Virus record (IMG/VR): IMGVR_UViG_3300046739_000039
Span: 1-64,000 of that record
Strand: one strand, 5' to 3'
From: a virus
Lineage: Duplodnaviria > Caudoviricetes
Length of the DNA stretch: 64,000 nt
The notes beneath the pieces are model-generated. The model was given only the letters and a program-made list of their open reading frames with translations. It had not been told where the DNA came from and did no database searches. Within the stretch, counting starts at the first letter, position 1. Each line of letters starts with the position of its first letter. Position numbers and translations under genes: made by a program. Below, one piece after another: positions 53,724 to 64,000 of the stretch.

Positions 53724-55236
53724 CGGTGTTCCGGCTATTGATTACACAAGTAAGGACTACAACGGTTTCATTACCTCCATGCTGGACTTCGCTAAGACAG
53801 CGTTTCCCGAGTGGACTAACCAGAATCCTGGTTCTCTAGAAGTAATGCTTCTAGAATCTCTAGCCCGAGAACTAGACGTACTCTCCTACTACGGAGACAG
53901 AATTGTTGGGGAAGCCTATATTGGTACGGCTACTCAGCTATCCTCAGTAATCCAATTAGCTGAGCTTCTGGGATATACTCCTGGTCAAGCTCTGGCAGCC
54001 ACGGGAACTGTTACGTTCCAGACTGCCTCAACCTCAGGTGCCGTGACTATTCCGTTAGCTACACAAGTCACTACGAACTATGTGTCTAGCATTAATGGAC
54101 CTATCGTATTTGAAACAACACAGGTAGCTACTGTTCCTGCCAACGGTGGGACTCTTGCGGTACCTGTAATCCAGGGTGTCACACAAGGCTCTGCTGTATT
54201 TACCATTGGTAATAACACAACAGCACCATTCGCTATTACCACTGAGCTTATTGGGACGTCTGATGGTTCAGATCTTCAGACATTCTCTCTGGCTAACAAC
54301 CCAGTGGTCAGTGAATCTATCACTGTCTATATTCAGAATCCTGCATTTGGTTCAACCAGTGGGCAAGATCCTATCCTCCCATGGAACCGCGTTGCTTCTC
54401 TGCAACAAGCTGGCTCTTCTGACCAGGCATGGTCTGGAACTGTAGACGCTAATGGTGTTGTAACTATTCATTTTGGTGACGGAATCAATGGAGCTGTTCC
54501 TGCCGCAGGTCTAAATGTCTATGCGAACTATCGTGTAGGTGGAGGAACTATCGGTAACCTAGCAGCGAATGCTATTGTCGATATTGCTTCAGCCATTACT
54601 GGTGTTTCTATTTCAGCATCCTCTGCCACTACTGGTGGAACATCCGCAGAGACTATTGATCAGATTAGAACAAACGCTCCTCGTGCTTTTACTACACAAC
54701 AGAGAGCCGTGACATTAGCTGATTATGGTAGTCTGGCTATGTCCCTTCCTATTGTTTCTCAGGCGAATGCTGTAGCTAACACGTACACCAATATCACTGT
54801 ATACATTACGGGACAAGGAAACACAGTTCCTACACAGACCACACTTGATACGGTTACTCGTTTTCTTCAGCCGCTGTCACTAGCTGGAACAGTGGTCACC
54901 TGTACCGCTGCAACACTTGTTCCTATTAACGTAGGTTCTACAGGTAGCCCGGTACTGATCGGCTGTAGCTCTCGTTATAGCCCAACGTCTATTCAGATTC
55001 AAGCCACTCAGGCTATTCAGAATCTCTTCGCTCCATCGAATGTTCAACTAGGTGGACGCGTAACACTAAGCTCCGTGTACTCTGCTCTTTATGCGATTCC
55101 GGGAGTTCAGTACATTAACATTCCACTGTTCGTTAGAAGTGACGCTACTCAGTCTGGTGCTGCTGATATTCTTATGAGAAGCTTTGAACTAGCTACGTCT
55201 GGTAATATCGTCATCACTGTAACGGCAACCACATAA
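53710..55236 (+). CDS. baseplate J-like protein
   Basis: IDYTSKDY, FGDG..GAVP, RAVTLADY. Confidence 0.92.
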   Translation: MATVNGVPAIDYTSKDYNGFITSMLDFAKTAFPEWTNQNPGSLEVMLLESLARELDVLSYYGDRIVGEAYIGTATQLSSVIQLAELLGYTPGQALAATGTVTFQTASTSGAVTIPLATQVTTNYVSSINGPIVFETTQVATVPANGGTLAVPVIQGVTQGSAVFTIGNNTTAPFAITTELIGTSDGSDLQTFSLANNPVVSESITVYIQNPAFGSTSGQDPILPWNRVASLQQAGSSDQAWSGTVDANGVVTIHFGDGINGAVPAAGLNVYANYRVGGGTIGNLAANAIVDIASAITGVSISASSATTGGTSAETIDQIRTNAPRAFTTQQRAVTLADYGSLAMSLPIVSQANAVANTYTNITVYITGQGNTVPTQTTLDTVTRFLQPLSLAGTVVTCTAATLVPINVGSTGSPVLIGCSSRYSPTSIQIQATQAIQNLFAPSNVQLGGRVTLSSVYSALYAIPGVQYINIPLFVRSDATQSGAADILMRSFELATSGNIVITVTATT

Positions 55237-55245
55237 GGAGAAACA

Positions 55246-55911
55246 ATGGTAGCGGTTTATCCAGCAGCTATTAAGACTTTTGCATATAGACAGGACTACA
55301 CTGACCTAGTTGAGGCCGCAGACGTTAACGTTTCTTATGATGAGATCCGCGCAGTTCAAAATACTCTCGGTGTAAATCCTCAGCAAGAAACAATCGACAG
55401 CACGTTAACTAAGTACAGCAGCGTCAGCAGTAGAATATCTGCGGTAAGAAGAGGTACGACAACCCCGTACGCGGGAGCGTCTGCTCACGATGTGCAGGTG
55501 GCATTCAACAACGATTACATTCCTTCCTGGAATTCAAAACTGTTTGATACTCACCATATCCTTAACGGATCTAATCTGGTTTGTCCTCGTGATGGTATTT
55601 ACCATTTCAATTTCTATGTGAGATGGCACAAGGATAGCGTTCAGACAGCTAACCTACTTCCTACCTTTGACAGAAATGGTAAGCTTCAGATTGAAGGACA
55701 GTTCAACGGTTCCACTTCGTTCCTTACCTGTCAGACAGACTGGTTCCCTGAGGGCTTCAAGGATTTTGCGCGTCAATCAGCCTCAATGATCTATCCTTGG
55801 TATAAGGGACAATCACTGAGAGTAAAGCTTTACCAAAGTGTATACAGAGCCGGAACCCTGTTTGCTACTGCCTATGCGAACGTTGCATACATCAGAGACA
55901 TACCATCATAA
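55246..55911 (+). CDS. minor tail protein
   Basis: synteny; VEAADVN...EIRAVQ.TLG. Confidence 0.7.
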   Translation: MVAVYPAAIKTFAYRQDYTDLVEAADVNVSYDEIRAVQNTLGVNPQQETIDSTLTKYSSVSSRISAVRRGTTTPYAGASAHDVQVAFNNDYIPSWNSKLFDTHHILNGSNLVCPRDGIYHFNFYVRWHKDSVQTANLLPTFDRNGKLQIEGQFNGSTSFLTCQTDWFPEGFKDFARQSASMIYPWYKGQSLRVKLYQSVYRAGTLFATAYANVAYIRDIPS

Positions 55912-55920
55912 GGAGTTTAA

Positions 55921-58320
55921 ATGAGCCAAGGATTTGGTGTTGATATCTATGGTATTGACTACTATGGATATTCACAGCCAGCGGACTACAGCGTTGCACC
56001 CTTCGTAGCTAAGCAAGCTAATTACGGTGACATCGTACTTTCCTGGGCTTCTCCTAATACAACCTCATGGAAGTTTCTGGAACTGGTTAGAAGTACATAT
56101 GGGTACCCTAACCGTCCAGAAGACGGAGTAGTACTTACGACCATCACCCCCGGAACTATGGTGCGAACCTATGATGATCCGGGGCTTGATGCTGGAACAA
56201 TTTATTACTACGCAATGTTTATTACCATTGAGGCTCCTACATGGAGTTCAGGATCTACCTACGTATTAAATCAACAAGTGCTATTCAATGGTCTTTACTG
56301 GACTAGTACACAGAATGGAAACATCAACCACACCCCTGCGGCAGGGTCGTCCTTCTGGTCACCTACGGAATACGTTCCTTCATGGTATCCAGCAGGCTTT
56401 GCAGCGACACTAGCTCTGGGTAATCAGGGTTATACTAATCTGCTTTACTACAGAACCCCCCAGCCGTATAAGACAACCACATCCGATACCTTCTCAACTG
56501 TTGAAGTTGACAACCAGTCGCTGTACAACTACGAATCCCTATTCGGATTCGGTCTGGATATGATTAAAGCTGAATACGATTCATACCTAGAATTGAGTGA
56601 TGCGGATACCGTCTCGGCTGCTCACCTGGATATGTTAGGACAGCAGCTAGGTATTAATACTGACTACCTGTCTACTCCTCAGCAGAGAAGACAGCGTATT
56701 AAGAATGCCGCAGTTAACTACCGCATTAAGGGACAGACACAAAGCATTCACAATATTATCGCTGAGCTAGCTGGTTGGGATTCCGAAATTACAATAGGCG
56801 CCAACATGTATAACAGCGCTGATCAAACTGCATTCATTCACCCAGCGTATGACAAGTGGAATCTTAATTCCACGTACTTCCCAGGTCAGCAGATTCAGTA
56901 CAATGGATACAACTACAACTGTACGACTCAGGCCAAGGGGCAGGCACAGGCTCCTACAGGAACCACAGCGTCTAACACTTGGTGGTCCGCCGCTCAGATT
57001 TATATTCTGGACAACACAGTCAATAAGAATCCACAGACTAACGCTTATTCCACCTGGGGATTCACAGGATTGAGCGGTACTACTGGCAGCATGGAAGGTG
57101 TCCGTACTGGACTGCCACACCCTACTGATACGACTATCAACTACTGGGGAGCACTGTCCTCTAAAGCTACCAACAACCCTGGAAACAGTTTCTATAACTT
57201 GGATTCCACATTCAAGTTGAATACACCTAACTATGCAGCAGGTACAAACTATGTAATCAATAACTCTGTTCTGTACACTGACGGCTATTACTATCTAGCA
57301 TTGAAGCCGTCTGGACCTGGTACCCCTTACGGAGCCAAGACTCCCGGTACTGATCAGAACTTCTGGAAGCCGTTCTACTATGTGACTACAGATACACCTA
57401 ACATTGTTAGAGATGGTGTACCTATTCAGCAGTTGGAGCAGTGGAATACGGCTACTACATATCAGCCTGGTGACTATGTTCAGTACAACGGTATTACTTA
57501 TCTGTGCCAGCAGACCAATCTAAACTCTGCGCCTACCGGATACTACTATTCCAATGCCGGATGGGTATTTATCTCTCCTTCTCAGAAGACCGTAGTTACT
57601 TCGTCTTATTGGGCTCGTAAGGTAAATGACGCGGGAGCGAATACAACTGTTACTCCATTCTTGTATTTCTATGACAAGAAGGGTAAGCTTATTAATAACA
57701 CCTCTGTTAACTACTCAGGCTATAACGTAGGCTCTGAAGGTGTATTGGCTCGAATGGTAGCTGACTACACAGACCTGCATGGAACTACTGAGACGTCTAT
57801 TGCTAACGCGAATACAGATGGAACAATCCATACGGGTACCTGGTTTGGTAGTGGAACCGCTGGAACAATGGCTAACGTCTGGTTCAGCAGTTATGGTATG
57901 GCTGCGGTGAATCAATTCATCACTGGAACTCTTACGTATCAATACCTAACCATTGATGCTGGGGCTCCTTTCGGTAGATTTGCTATGACCTTCCTCACTG
58001 ATTATGTCGATACAGCTCATAAGACTCACGGATTAGTATTTGGTATGCTTAACGCTAGCAATTTCTTTTACGTGACAAGAACAAGTCTGCGTAAGGTAGT
58101 AGCAGGAGTGGACAGTCTTATAGCTTCATGGACTCGTTTGTCCAATGGAGATCGAATTGTTGTAGACGCTGGACTTGACGTAGACGTTTATAAGTACAGC
58201 CGCACAGGTGACGGTGCCCTAACACGTATCGCGCACTCAGTAGGAACTGGTCCAGGCGACACAGGAACTGTCGGCCGAACTGGCTATATTCACAAGTACT
58301 CAGCAACTGGAGCACTCTAA
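55921..58320 (+). CDS. baseplate wedge/tail protein (gpI-like) with CBM5/12-like repeats
   Basis: LDMLGQQLG...YRIKG; repeated W.....Y..G..V.YNG..Y modules. Confidence 0.8.
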   Translation: MSQGFGVDIYGIDYYGYSQPADYSVAPFVAKQANYGDIVLSWASPNTTSWKFLELVRSTYGYPNRPEDGVVLTTITPGTMVRTYDDPGLDAGTIYYYAMFITIEAPTWSSGSTYVLNQQVLFNGLYWTSTQNGNINHTPAAGSSFWSPTEYVPSWYPAGFAATLALGNQGYTNLLYYRTPQPYKTTTSDTFSTVEVDNQSLYNYESLFGFGLDMIKAEYDSYLELSDADTVSAAHLDMLGQQLGINTDYLSTPQQRRQRIKNAAVNYRIKGQTQSIHNIIAELAGWDSEITIGANMYNSADQTAFIHPAYDKWNLNSTYFPGQQIQYNGYNYNCTTQAKGQAQAPTGTTASNTWWSAAQIYILDNTVNKNPQTNAYSTWGFTGLSGTTGSMEGVRTGLPHPTDTTINYWGALSSKATNNPGNSFYNLDSTFKLNTPNYAAGTNYVINNSVLYTDGYYYLALKPSGPGTPYGAKTPGTDQNFWKPFYYVTTDTPNIVRDGVPIQQLEQWNTATTYQPGDYVQYNGITYLCQQTNLNSAPTGYYYSNAGWVFISPSQKTVVTSSYWARKVNDAGANTTVTPFLYFYDKKGKLINNTSVNYSGYNVGSEGVLARMVADYTDLHGTTETSIANANTDGTIHTGTWFGSGTAGTMANVWFSSYGMAAVNQFITGTLTYQYLTIDAGAPFGRFAMTFLTDYVDTAHKTHGLVFGMLNASNFFYVTRTSLRKVVAGVDSLIASWTRLSNGDRIVVDAGLDVDVYKYSRTGDGALTRIAHSVGTGPGDTGTVGRTGYIHKYSATGAL

Positions 58321-60726
58321 ATGGCATATCCAAAAATTAATACACTAACCGATATCTTCCAGCCTGATGGATTTGGTTTCTTCGGATTCGGAGATGGCGG
58401 ATTCGGTGGAACGTATGAGCTGATCAATCCTCAATGGAACACCAATAGTGGTAGTTTTGGATTTGACCCTATTAAGATGCTTCCATTCGTAGAGGCTACT
58501 GACACGCCTAGCTATGTCGGTGCCTCGCTGTATGATCTTACGCAGAGTAGTTTCTTTGCGAAGATTACTCCTGCACCTGCGGGTAACGGAAGTATTCAAA
58601 CTGGATTGCTCATTAGGTTCGATAGACACAACTATGTTGAAATCTCTTACGGACCTAATGGGCAGTTCAATGCCTACGTTTCTAATAACTCGAATGTAAC
58701 TACTACAGCAATGCCTATTTACGATCCAGTAGCACATGCTTATTGGAGAATTCGTAATGAAGACCCTGCAAATATCTTCTTTGATACCTCTCCTGACGGA
58801 AGCACTTGGACTGAACAAGGTCACGTCGGATTCGATTGGGATATCTCCGCAGTTACTGTATCGATTTTTGCGGGATTCAATGCCATCGAGAATCCAGGTA
58901 ACCTAGCATATGTGTCGAATGTAAATGTACCGGCAACCAGTTTGCAGTTGAAGGGTCACGTCAATAGCGTTACCTCTATTACTGGTGGGTATATCGTCAC
59001 AGATCCTAATGCACTTTCCGGTAGTCTGAACGCCTCAGCGGGCTTCAGAGGCAAGTTCACAGCCACCCTGGGTATTCCTGAGGGAGGCATGTCGGACTTC
59101 GCTTACAACATCAACCTGCAAGCTGTAGACCCCTTGATTCTGAATCAGTGGACTCCTTCCAACTACCTGAACTTCACGGGTACTAGTTCCACATTGAACT
59201 CTGCCAGTTGGCAGCGTGAGTTTAATGCTTTCCAAATTCCTATGCCTTATAGAGATGGAAGCTACTTCCAGCCTGCTGCATACGCTGATACTCAATACAA
59301 CGTCAGCTTCTCTCCTGACATTACGAATCAGAATCTGATGACTAGTGTTCAGATGGAAACTACAACCGGTCTTGATAACCGTCTGCCATTAGTGGCATCC
59401 ATTTATCAAGATGGCTGTGCGTACTCTCCGGGGTCAGGAGTAACCTCTATCACCCGTAGCACTGAGCACCCATTGAACGGTCAGTACTCTGGAAAGATTG
59501 TTAGCTCTACAAGTGCAGGAACTCTCGGTGACGGTACGTTCTCATACTGGGTAATTCCACAGAGAAAGGCTTTGACCAAGGTTCGTTTCGATCCATTAGG
59601 AACTCCGGAGGCATTGTTTGGAAGTGTTTACTTCTCTACAACGCGCTCCAATACTATTTGGTTTGCCGGACTTGTTTATTACGATGCGAACTACAACATC
59701 ATGTCAGCATCCACACACCTTCAAGCGCTTATCCCAGGTAAGTCAACACATCCTGGTGGTGGCGTTTGGCGTCAGGCAACAGTGTACGCAACCAACGTTC
59801 CGGCTACGGCTGTATATGTAAGTGTTGTTCCTTTCATTCAGACCAATACCGTGACTCCTCCGTCAGAGGTTTCATATATCAGTAACAACTTTATTACTAC
59901 TGCGTCTATTGGATTTACTGAAGTACCATCTACTTACGAGCACCCTAAAACAGCTCATATTGATGTGAAGGCAGACAGAGTAAACTACGTTCTCAATTCT
60001 GGATTCAATACTGGAACTACGAACTGGTTCCAAGGAAATGTTGGTATTACCGGAACTCCTAACTCTGCAACGCTAGCGTGGGACAACTCAGTGGGTTACC
60101 GCTCAGTAGGTTCTCTGCGAATGAGTCTGACTCCTCCAAGTGGGACGTATACGGGTGGTAGTACCTCCAAGATCGGGGCATCTACACAGGCTAACTTCAA
60201 TGGCGGAAGCCGTCAACCTATCGTCCAAGGGTTGAAGGTAGGACATACCTACACGATCTCCGCATGGATCAAACAGGGAACAAATTGTCCAGACGTCCTT
60301 ATGGATTTCCGAGACAGCAATGGTTTAGGTGTTGGTGGTGTAAGTGTGAATACCCAGAAGATAACCAATCCAGAGAATATCGATGGAACATGGACAAGGA
60401 TTCAGTTTACTTACACAATTCCTCCAACAGGTCTGAGTGAGTATTACATGTACTTCTACGTTCTATTCCCAAGTCTTTCTCAGGCCCCATTCTCATACTG
60501 GGTTGATTCAATTATGGTTGAAGAAACTACCGCAGCTTATGAAGGCTACTTTGATGGAGGCTTTGCCTCTGCTGATTACAAGTGGGAATCTGGTGGAGCA
60601 GCCAATAACAGTAGATCTTATTTCTATAAGGATTACAACAACAAGCTACTTAGATTGAACAATGCTCTCCCTACAGTTCTACCTGTAGGTGAGTATTACT
60701 CATTACTATTTGCTCAACCTATTTAA
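58321..60726 (+). CDS. minor tail/receptor-binding protein with CBM4_9-like domain
   Basis: NYVLNSGF...YTISAWIK...W.R; YFDG. Confidence 0.75.
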   Translation: MAYPKINTLTDIFQPDGFGFFGFGDGGFGGTYELINPQWNTNSGSFGFDPIKMLPFVEATDTPSYVGASLYDLTQSSFFAKITPAPAGNGSIQTGLLIRFDRHNYVEISYGPNGQFNAYVSNNSNVTTTAMPIYDPVAHAYWRIRNEDPANIFFDTSPDGSTWTEQGHVGFDWDISAVTVSIFAGFNAIENPGNLAYVSNVNVPATSLQLKGHVNSVTSITGGYIVTDPNALSGSLNASAGFRGKFTATLGIPEGGMSDFAYNINLQAVDPLILNQWTPSNYLNFTGTSSTLNSASWQREFNAFQIPMPYRDGSYFQPAAYADTQYNVSFSPDITNQNLMTSVQMETTTGLDNRLPLVASIYQDGCAYSPGSGVTSITRSTEHPLNGQYSGKIVSSTSAGTLGDGTFSYWVIPQRKALTKVRFDPLGTPEALFGSVYFSTTRSNTIWFAGLVYYDANYNIMSASTHLQALIPGKSTHPGGGVWRQATVYATNVPATAVYVSVVPFIQTNTVTPPSEVSYISNNFITTASIGFTEVPSTYEHPKTAHIDVKADRVNYVLNSGFNTGTTNWFQGNVGITGTPNSATLAWDNSVGYRSVGSLRMSLTPPSGTYTGGSTSKIGASTQANFNGGSRQPIVQGLKVGHTYTISAWIKQGTNCPDVLMDFRDSNGLGVGGVSVNTQKITNPENIDGTWTRIQFTYTIPPTGLSEYYMYFYVLFPSLSQAPFSYWVDSIMVEETTAAYEGYFDGGFASADYKWESGGAANNSRSYFYKDYNNKLLRLNNALPTVLPVGEYYSLLFAQPI

Positions 60727-60799
60727 TAACAGTTAATAACTAAGAAGAGAGATATAGATAATCTATATCTCTCTTCTTTATTTATATAAGTATATATAG

Positions 60800-60828
60800 A
60801 GGGTAGTCCAGTACCACAGGTCTGTCAA
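60800..60828 (-). promoter_or_regulatory. antisense promoter firing into an AT-rich palindrome
   Basis: TTGACA-N17-TACCCT on the minus strand, same boxes as 3034-3062. Confidence 0.55.
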
Positions 60829-60864
60829 GTCTGCTATGCTGTGTGCCCTACCTAAGGAGACCGA

Positions 60865-61128
60865 ATGAATTTCATAGCCGTGATTCTCATGGCTGCGTAC
60901 GTGTGGTTATTCGTAAGCAACTTTACAACACGCGTACCTGGGTGGTTGATCCACTTGACAGTGATCCCCATCATCGCCTATCTTGCTCTACATGCACCGC
61001 ACGACACACAGAACATCCTGGGTGTTGCTGGTGGTGTAATGCTGGTACAGTCGTTCTTCAAGAACGATACGTCCGCACCCAAGAGCCCTGTCAAGAGACG
61101 GAGATCCAATATACCTCCGCCCCCTTGA
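60865..61128 (+). CDS. membrane protein with 3 TM segments (possible holin)
   Basis: AAGGAG RBS; hydrophobic segments and a basic tail. Confidence 0.65.
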   Translation: MNFIAVILMAAYVWLFVSNFTTRVPGWLIHLTVIPIIAYLALHAPHDTQNILGVAGGVMLVQSFFKNDTSAPKSPVKRRRSNIPPPP

Positions 61129-61153
61129 CAGATCCGCAGAGACTATCTACAGT
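61125..61153 (+). promoter_or_regulatory. promoter
   Basis: TTGACA-N17-TACAGT. Confidence 0.7.
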
Positions 61154-61185
61154 CGTAATCACTTAAACATCTACAGGAGGCAAAC

Positions 61186-62181
61186 ATGACCCGCGACTTC
61201 AGTAAGGACCTGACGATCATGGTCGCAGGTTCCGGCAACGCTACCATGACTCATCTTGAAGAGTCTCTGGCTGAGTGGATCTTTGGATCTGTTGACGAGC
61301 GAGAGGTGCACGTGATTCTTCCCGTGCTCTCTGAGATGGGTCCGGGCGTCCGGAATCTCATCAAGCTCGGTATGGAATGGGAGTTCAAGTTCACTGTTAT
61401 TCAGGCCAAGGATGCGCCTATGACTCGTGAACTGTCTGGAGTTCCTGAGGATTCCTTTGTCCGCATGGATGGAGAGCGTGAAGCATTGGAGCATGGTCTG
61501 TCGCTTCTGACGGAGCGTGACAAGGCTGGAGATGAGACTGCTTTCTTCCTGGCCTATGATCCGAAGAGCACCTATGAGCAGGGTAATCCTGCTCTCTCTG
61601 ACTTTGAGATCATTGGAGATGCTAAGAATTACCAGTGGCTCACCACTCTGAATCTCTGTGAGGGTCTTATCGATTCCTTTGAGGGATTCGAGACTACTGA
61701 TGAGATGCTTAAGAGGGAACGTCTTCAGCGTGAGTTTGAGGACAAGCAGCGAGCAGAAGAGGCTGCTAAGCCTAAGCCTGCTAAGAAGGCTGTAGCTACC
61801 CGTAAGAGGGCCGTGAAGAAGGTGGAGCCCCAGGAGTCCAAGCCCCTCGTTGCAGAGGCTGAGAAGCCCCTTCAGGAGCCTTCTGAGGCTAAGACTGAGG
61901 ACCCGTGGAATGGAGTGAACAAGGGATTCCCTAATCCTCACCGTGAGCCCCTGCCGGGTAACCCTGTGCATGACAACAAGCTGTCTGCCAACGTTACTAT
62001 TGCTGTGCCCACTCCTGACATTCAGGAAGATATTCGTGAGGCACATGCTGAAATTGTCAAGCGTAATACTGTTGCTGTGTCCCGTGACGATCTGGCTGAC
62101 CTTAGTCAGAACATCAAGGAACTCTCTTCGGCATTCGGTAACATCATGGATACCTTTACTCGAATCCTTAAGGACAGCTAA
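61186..62181 (+). CDS. hypothetical protein with Rossmann-like N-terminus
   Basis: AGGAGG RBS; 331 aa. Confidence 0.8.
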   Translation: MTRDFSKDLTIMVAGSGNATMTHLEESLAEWIFGSVDEREVHVILPVLSEMGPGVRNLIKLGMEWEFKFTVIQAKDAPMTRELSGVPEDSFVRMDGEREALEHGLSLLTERDKAGDETAFFLAYDPKSTYEQGNPALSDFEIIGDAKNYQWLTTLNLCEGLIDSFEGFETTDEMLKRERLQREFEDKQRAEEAAKPKPAKKAVATRKRAVKKVEPQESKPLVAEAEKPLQEPSEAKTEDPWNGVNKGFPNPHREPLPGNPVHDNKLSANVTIAVPTPDIQEDIREAHAEIVKRNTVAVSRDDLADLSQNIKELSSAFGNIMDTFTRILKDS

Positions 62182-62435
62182 TGTTTCCTCGTAAGAAGCC
62201 CATGCTTGAATTCAAGATGAAAGTAACTATCGACCACACGCCGAATCATGTGGTTATTGAATATACGACACACGCAAGGACTGCCACTAAGGCTATTGCT
62301 GCTACCTTTACTCACTTCAATGATGAAAAGGTAGTCTGCATTAGTGGTAATGGTAAGAGTAATGTCTATCCCCGAAGCAGGCTGCTGGGTATTGAGTGTG
62401 TCTTTGTAAAGGAATTGGCAAATGACAAAGACTGA
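62181..62435 (+). CDS. hypothetical protein
   Basis: coupled ORF. Confidence 0.7.
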   Translation: MFPRKKPMLEFKMKVTIDHTPNHVVIEYTTHARTATKAIAATFTHFNDEKVVCISGNGKSNVYPRSRLLGIECVFVKELANDKD

Positions 62436-62724
62436 TATGGTGGGCCTGGGTTGCCCTGAGCTTCCCGATGGCTATTACTACAACGTTTATGTTTCAAGCT
62501 CTGAGGGAAGTATTTATCTCTCTGTGTATCAGGAACGTAAGCGTATGTGGGACAAGCGTATCTTCAATACCCATGACTACCCCAGGTACTTCAATGGTGA
62601 GCGCGAGGGTATTGACGAGATTATCAAGCGATTGGCTGATGAGTACCAGGACCACGTAGCACGTCGAATCAAGACAGTGGAATGGTACGCTAACGCCAAG
62701 AAGTACAAAGGAGATCATAAGTAG
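62422..62724 (+). CDS. hypothetical protein
   Basis: AAGGA RBS. Confidence 0.7.
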   Translation: MTKTDMVGLGCPELPDGYYYNVYVSSSEGSIYLSVYQERKRMWDKRIFNTHDYPRYFNGEREGIDEIIKRLADEYQDHVARRIKTVEWYANAKKYKGDHK

Positions 62725-63053
62725 TGGTAAGTGCACGTTGTATGCGAGATATGACCTGCGTATTGGAGAGTGGTCACAAGGGAAACTGTGAGTTTATCCC
62801 GTGGCCTACTGCTGATCAGCTCCGAGAGATGAGCAAGGAGCCTAAGCAGATCGGTGGGACGCACTACAAGACCATGGAGATTCAGCCATGGGAGGTGATC
62901 GAACGCGCTGAGCTTGACTTCTGGGAAGGTAATGTGGTTAAGTACGTCATGCGCTACCGATCCAAGAACGGCCTGGAAGATCTTGAGAAGGCCCTTCATT
63001 ATCTTGAGTACCTAATTGAAAGGGAAAAGAAGAATGCCGAATCCGACATCTGA
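62724..63053 (+). CDS. DUF3310 (SaV / T7 gp1.7-like) protein
   Basis: GGTHY...IQPWEVI...FWEGNVVKYVMR...KNGLEDLEKA..YL. Confidence 0.85.
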   Translation: MVSARCMRDMTCVLESGHKGNCEFIPWPTADQLREMSKEPKQIGGTHYKTMEIQPWEVIERAELDFWEGNVVKYVMRYRSKNGLEDLEKALHYLEYLIEREKKNAESDI

Positions 63054-63324
63054 GTTCGTTATTGAAGTTCTGATGGATGAGTGGCCTGAGTGGGATGGTA
63101 ACGAGCTTTACACCACGAAGGAACTTGCCGAATACTTTGGTATTCAGGATTACGTGTCATCCTTCTATGACAAGTGGCTGGCTGATATTCCAGAGGCCGA
63201 AGAGCCTGGAGGATTTCACTGGTTGTTCATCAGTAAGGGTCTGTACCATCTTCAAGAGGACGGCAGTCCTACGGGTGTGTCTATGCGGTTCCGCCACGTT
63301 CACGGAGACTGGAGTAAGGCATGA
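63034..63324 (+). CDS. hypothetical protein
   Basis: overlapping operon ORF. Confidence 0.65.
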   Translation: MPNPTSEFVIEVLMDEWPEWDGNELYTTKELAEYFGIQDYVSSFYDKWLADIPEAEEPGGFHWLFISKGLYHLQEDGSPTGVSMRFRHVHGDWSKA

Positions 63325-63440
63325 TTTCTATTCCGCTTAGTTGGCTGATCATCTTCGCCATCTTTGGTGCAGTTTGTTTCGGTAAGTATCTTGTCCAGGG
63401 ACTCATTGGTCTGTGGATTGTGTTGAGATGGGGTAAGTAA
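63321..63440 (+). CDS. small membrane peptide (39 aa)
   Basis: ATGA overlap; GGAG RBS; hydrophobic. Confidence 0.55.
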   Translation: MISIPLSWLIIFAIFGAVCFGKYLVQGLIGLWIVLRWGK

Positions 63441-63836
63441 TTGACAGCCCAGGATATCTGGGACGACCTATGGGGATCTCCAAAGAAAGAGGAGGTCCCC
63501 GTTAAGTCGTCTTTTAATTCAGTTGAACTAGCTAGGTATTTCCAGGACCAATTCATTGGTGCCAAATGGCATTCAGGATTTGGAATGGTTAACCTACAAG
63601 CACTGGCAGCACAGTTTGCCAAGTGGAAATCTCGTACTGACTCTGCTACAGTCAGAGCCATGATCGATCTGTACATGACCGATGAGTCTCTACGTGGGAA
63701 GAATCCTGGGTGGACAGACTTCCTTGGACATGCTGAGATGATCAATGCTAAGCTCACAGCTAAGCCGGTCAAGGATGAGTGGGATCTGATTGAAGAGGAG
63801 TGGGAACGAGAGCATGGTAAAGATTCAACTGTCTGA
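63441..63836 (+). CDS. hypothetical protein upstream of the helicase loader
   Basis: TTG-start ORF, 131 aa. Confidence 0.7.
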   Translation: MTAQDIWDDLWGSPKKEEVPVKSSFNSVELARYFQDQFIGAKWHSGFGMVNLQALAAQFAKWKSRTDSATVRAMIDLYMTDESLRGKNPGWTDFLGHAEMINAKLTAKPVKDEWDLIEEEWEREHGKDSTV

Positions 63837-64000
63837 CGAGTTCTATGCACAGCGCTGGGATGGCGCTAATATCCCTATCAAGTTCCGGGGAATTCGACTG
63901 GCAGACTATCAGTCACCTCACGCTACTGGTCTCCGGGCTAAGGAAGCTGCTGAGGTATTCGTCAATAACTTTGAGGATCATTATGTTTCAGCAAAGCGTG
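63814..64000 (+). CDS. DnaC/IstB-like ATPase (helicase loader), N-terminal part, runs off the window
   Basis: ANIPIKFRGIRLADY resembles a DnaC N-terminus; ATPase motifs are not visible in the window. Confidence 0.45.
   Translation, partial: MVKIQLSDEFYAQRWDGANIPIKFRGIRLADYQSPHATGLRAKEAAEVFVNNFEDHYVSAKR

Noticed and set aside
1-64000. Prophage/integration module or alternative genetic code
   Set aside because: No integrase, repressor or host genes are seen; genes are intact in the standard code and there is no suppressor tRNA.

Overview
The window is about 64 kb of a large lytic actinobacteriophage with a contractile tail. The host is most likely Streptomyces and the layout resembles BRock-type myoviruses; both points are inference. 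1-7.7 kb holds leftward early genes. These are preceded by tandem TTGACA promoters and an rrn-type boxA and are separated by processing-like hairpins. 7.7-8.8 kb is a non-coding, repeat-rich region (possible genome end or origin). 9-12 kb holds leftward RNA/DNA-metabolism genes: an RNase AS-like exonuclease, a HAD_SAK phosphatase and an HNH nuclease. 12.5-25.8 kb is a large RNA island. It has 31 apparently intact tRNA genes covering all 20 amino acids, many orphan structured ncRNA-like spacers, free-standing endonucleases, a Ro60/TROVE gene and an Rnl1-type RNA ligase. 26-60.7 kb is the virion module (terminase, portal, scaffold, N4-gp56-type capsid, sheath, tube, tape measure, baseplate, fibres). 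Replication-region genes start at 61-64 kb. The main discovery candidate is a tandem array of four modular Y-RNA-like (Yrl) RNAs directly upstream of Ro60 (17792-18309). They share a covarying stem and a GAUGCGWAG...UACUUC / UUUCUA motif but carry four different cargo domains, two of which are circularly permuted tRNAs. Also notable are a 78-nt tmRNA reduced to its tRNA-like domain, a tRNA-Trp split by an HNH cassette that carries a replacement tRNA-Trp, and several pseudoknotted orphan RNAs. All calls were made by eye; no searches or folding programs were run.
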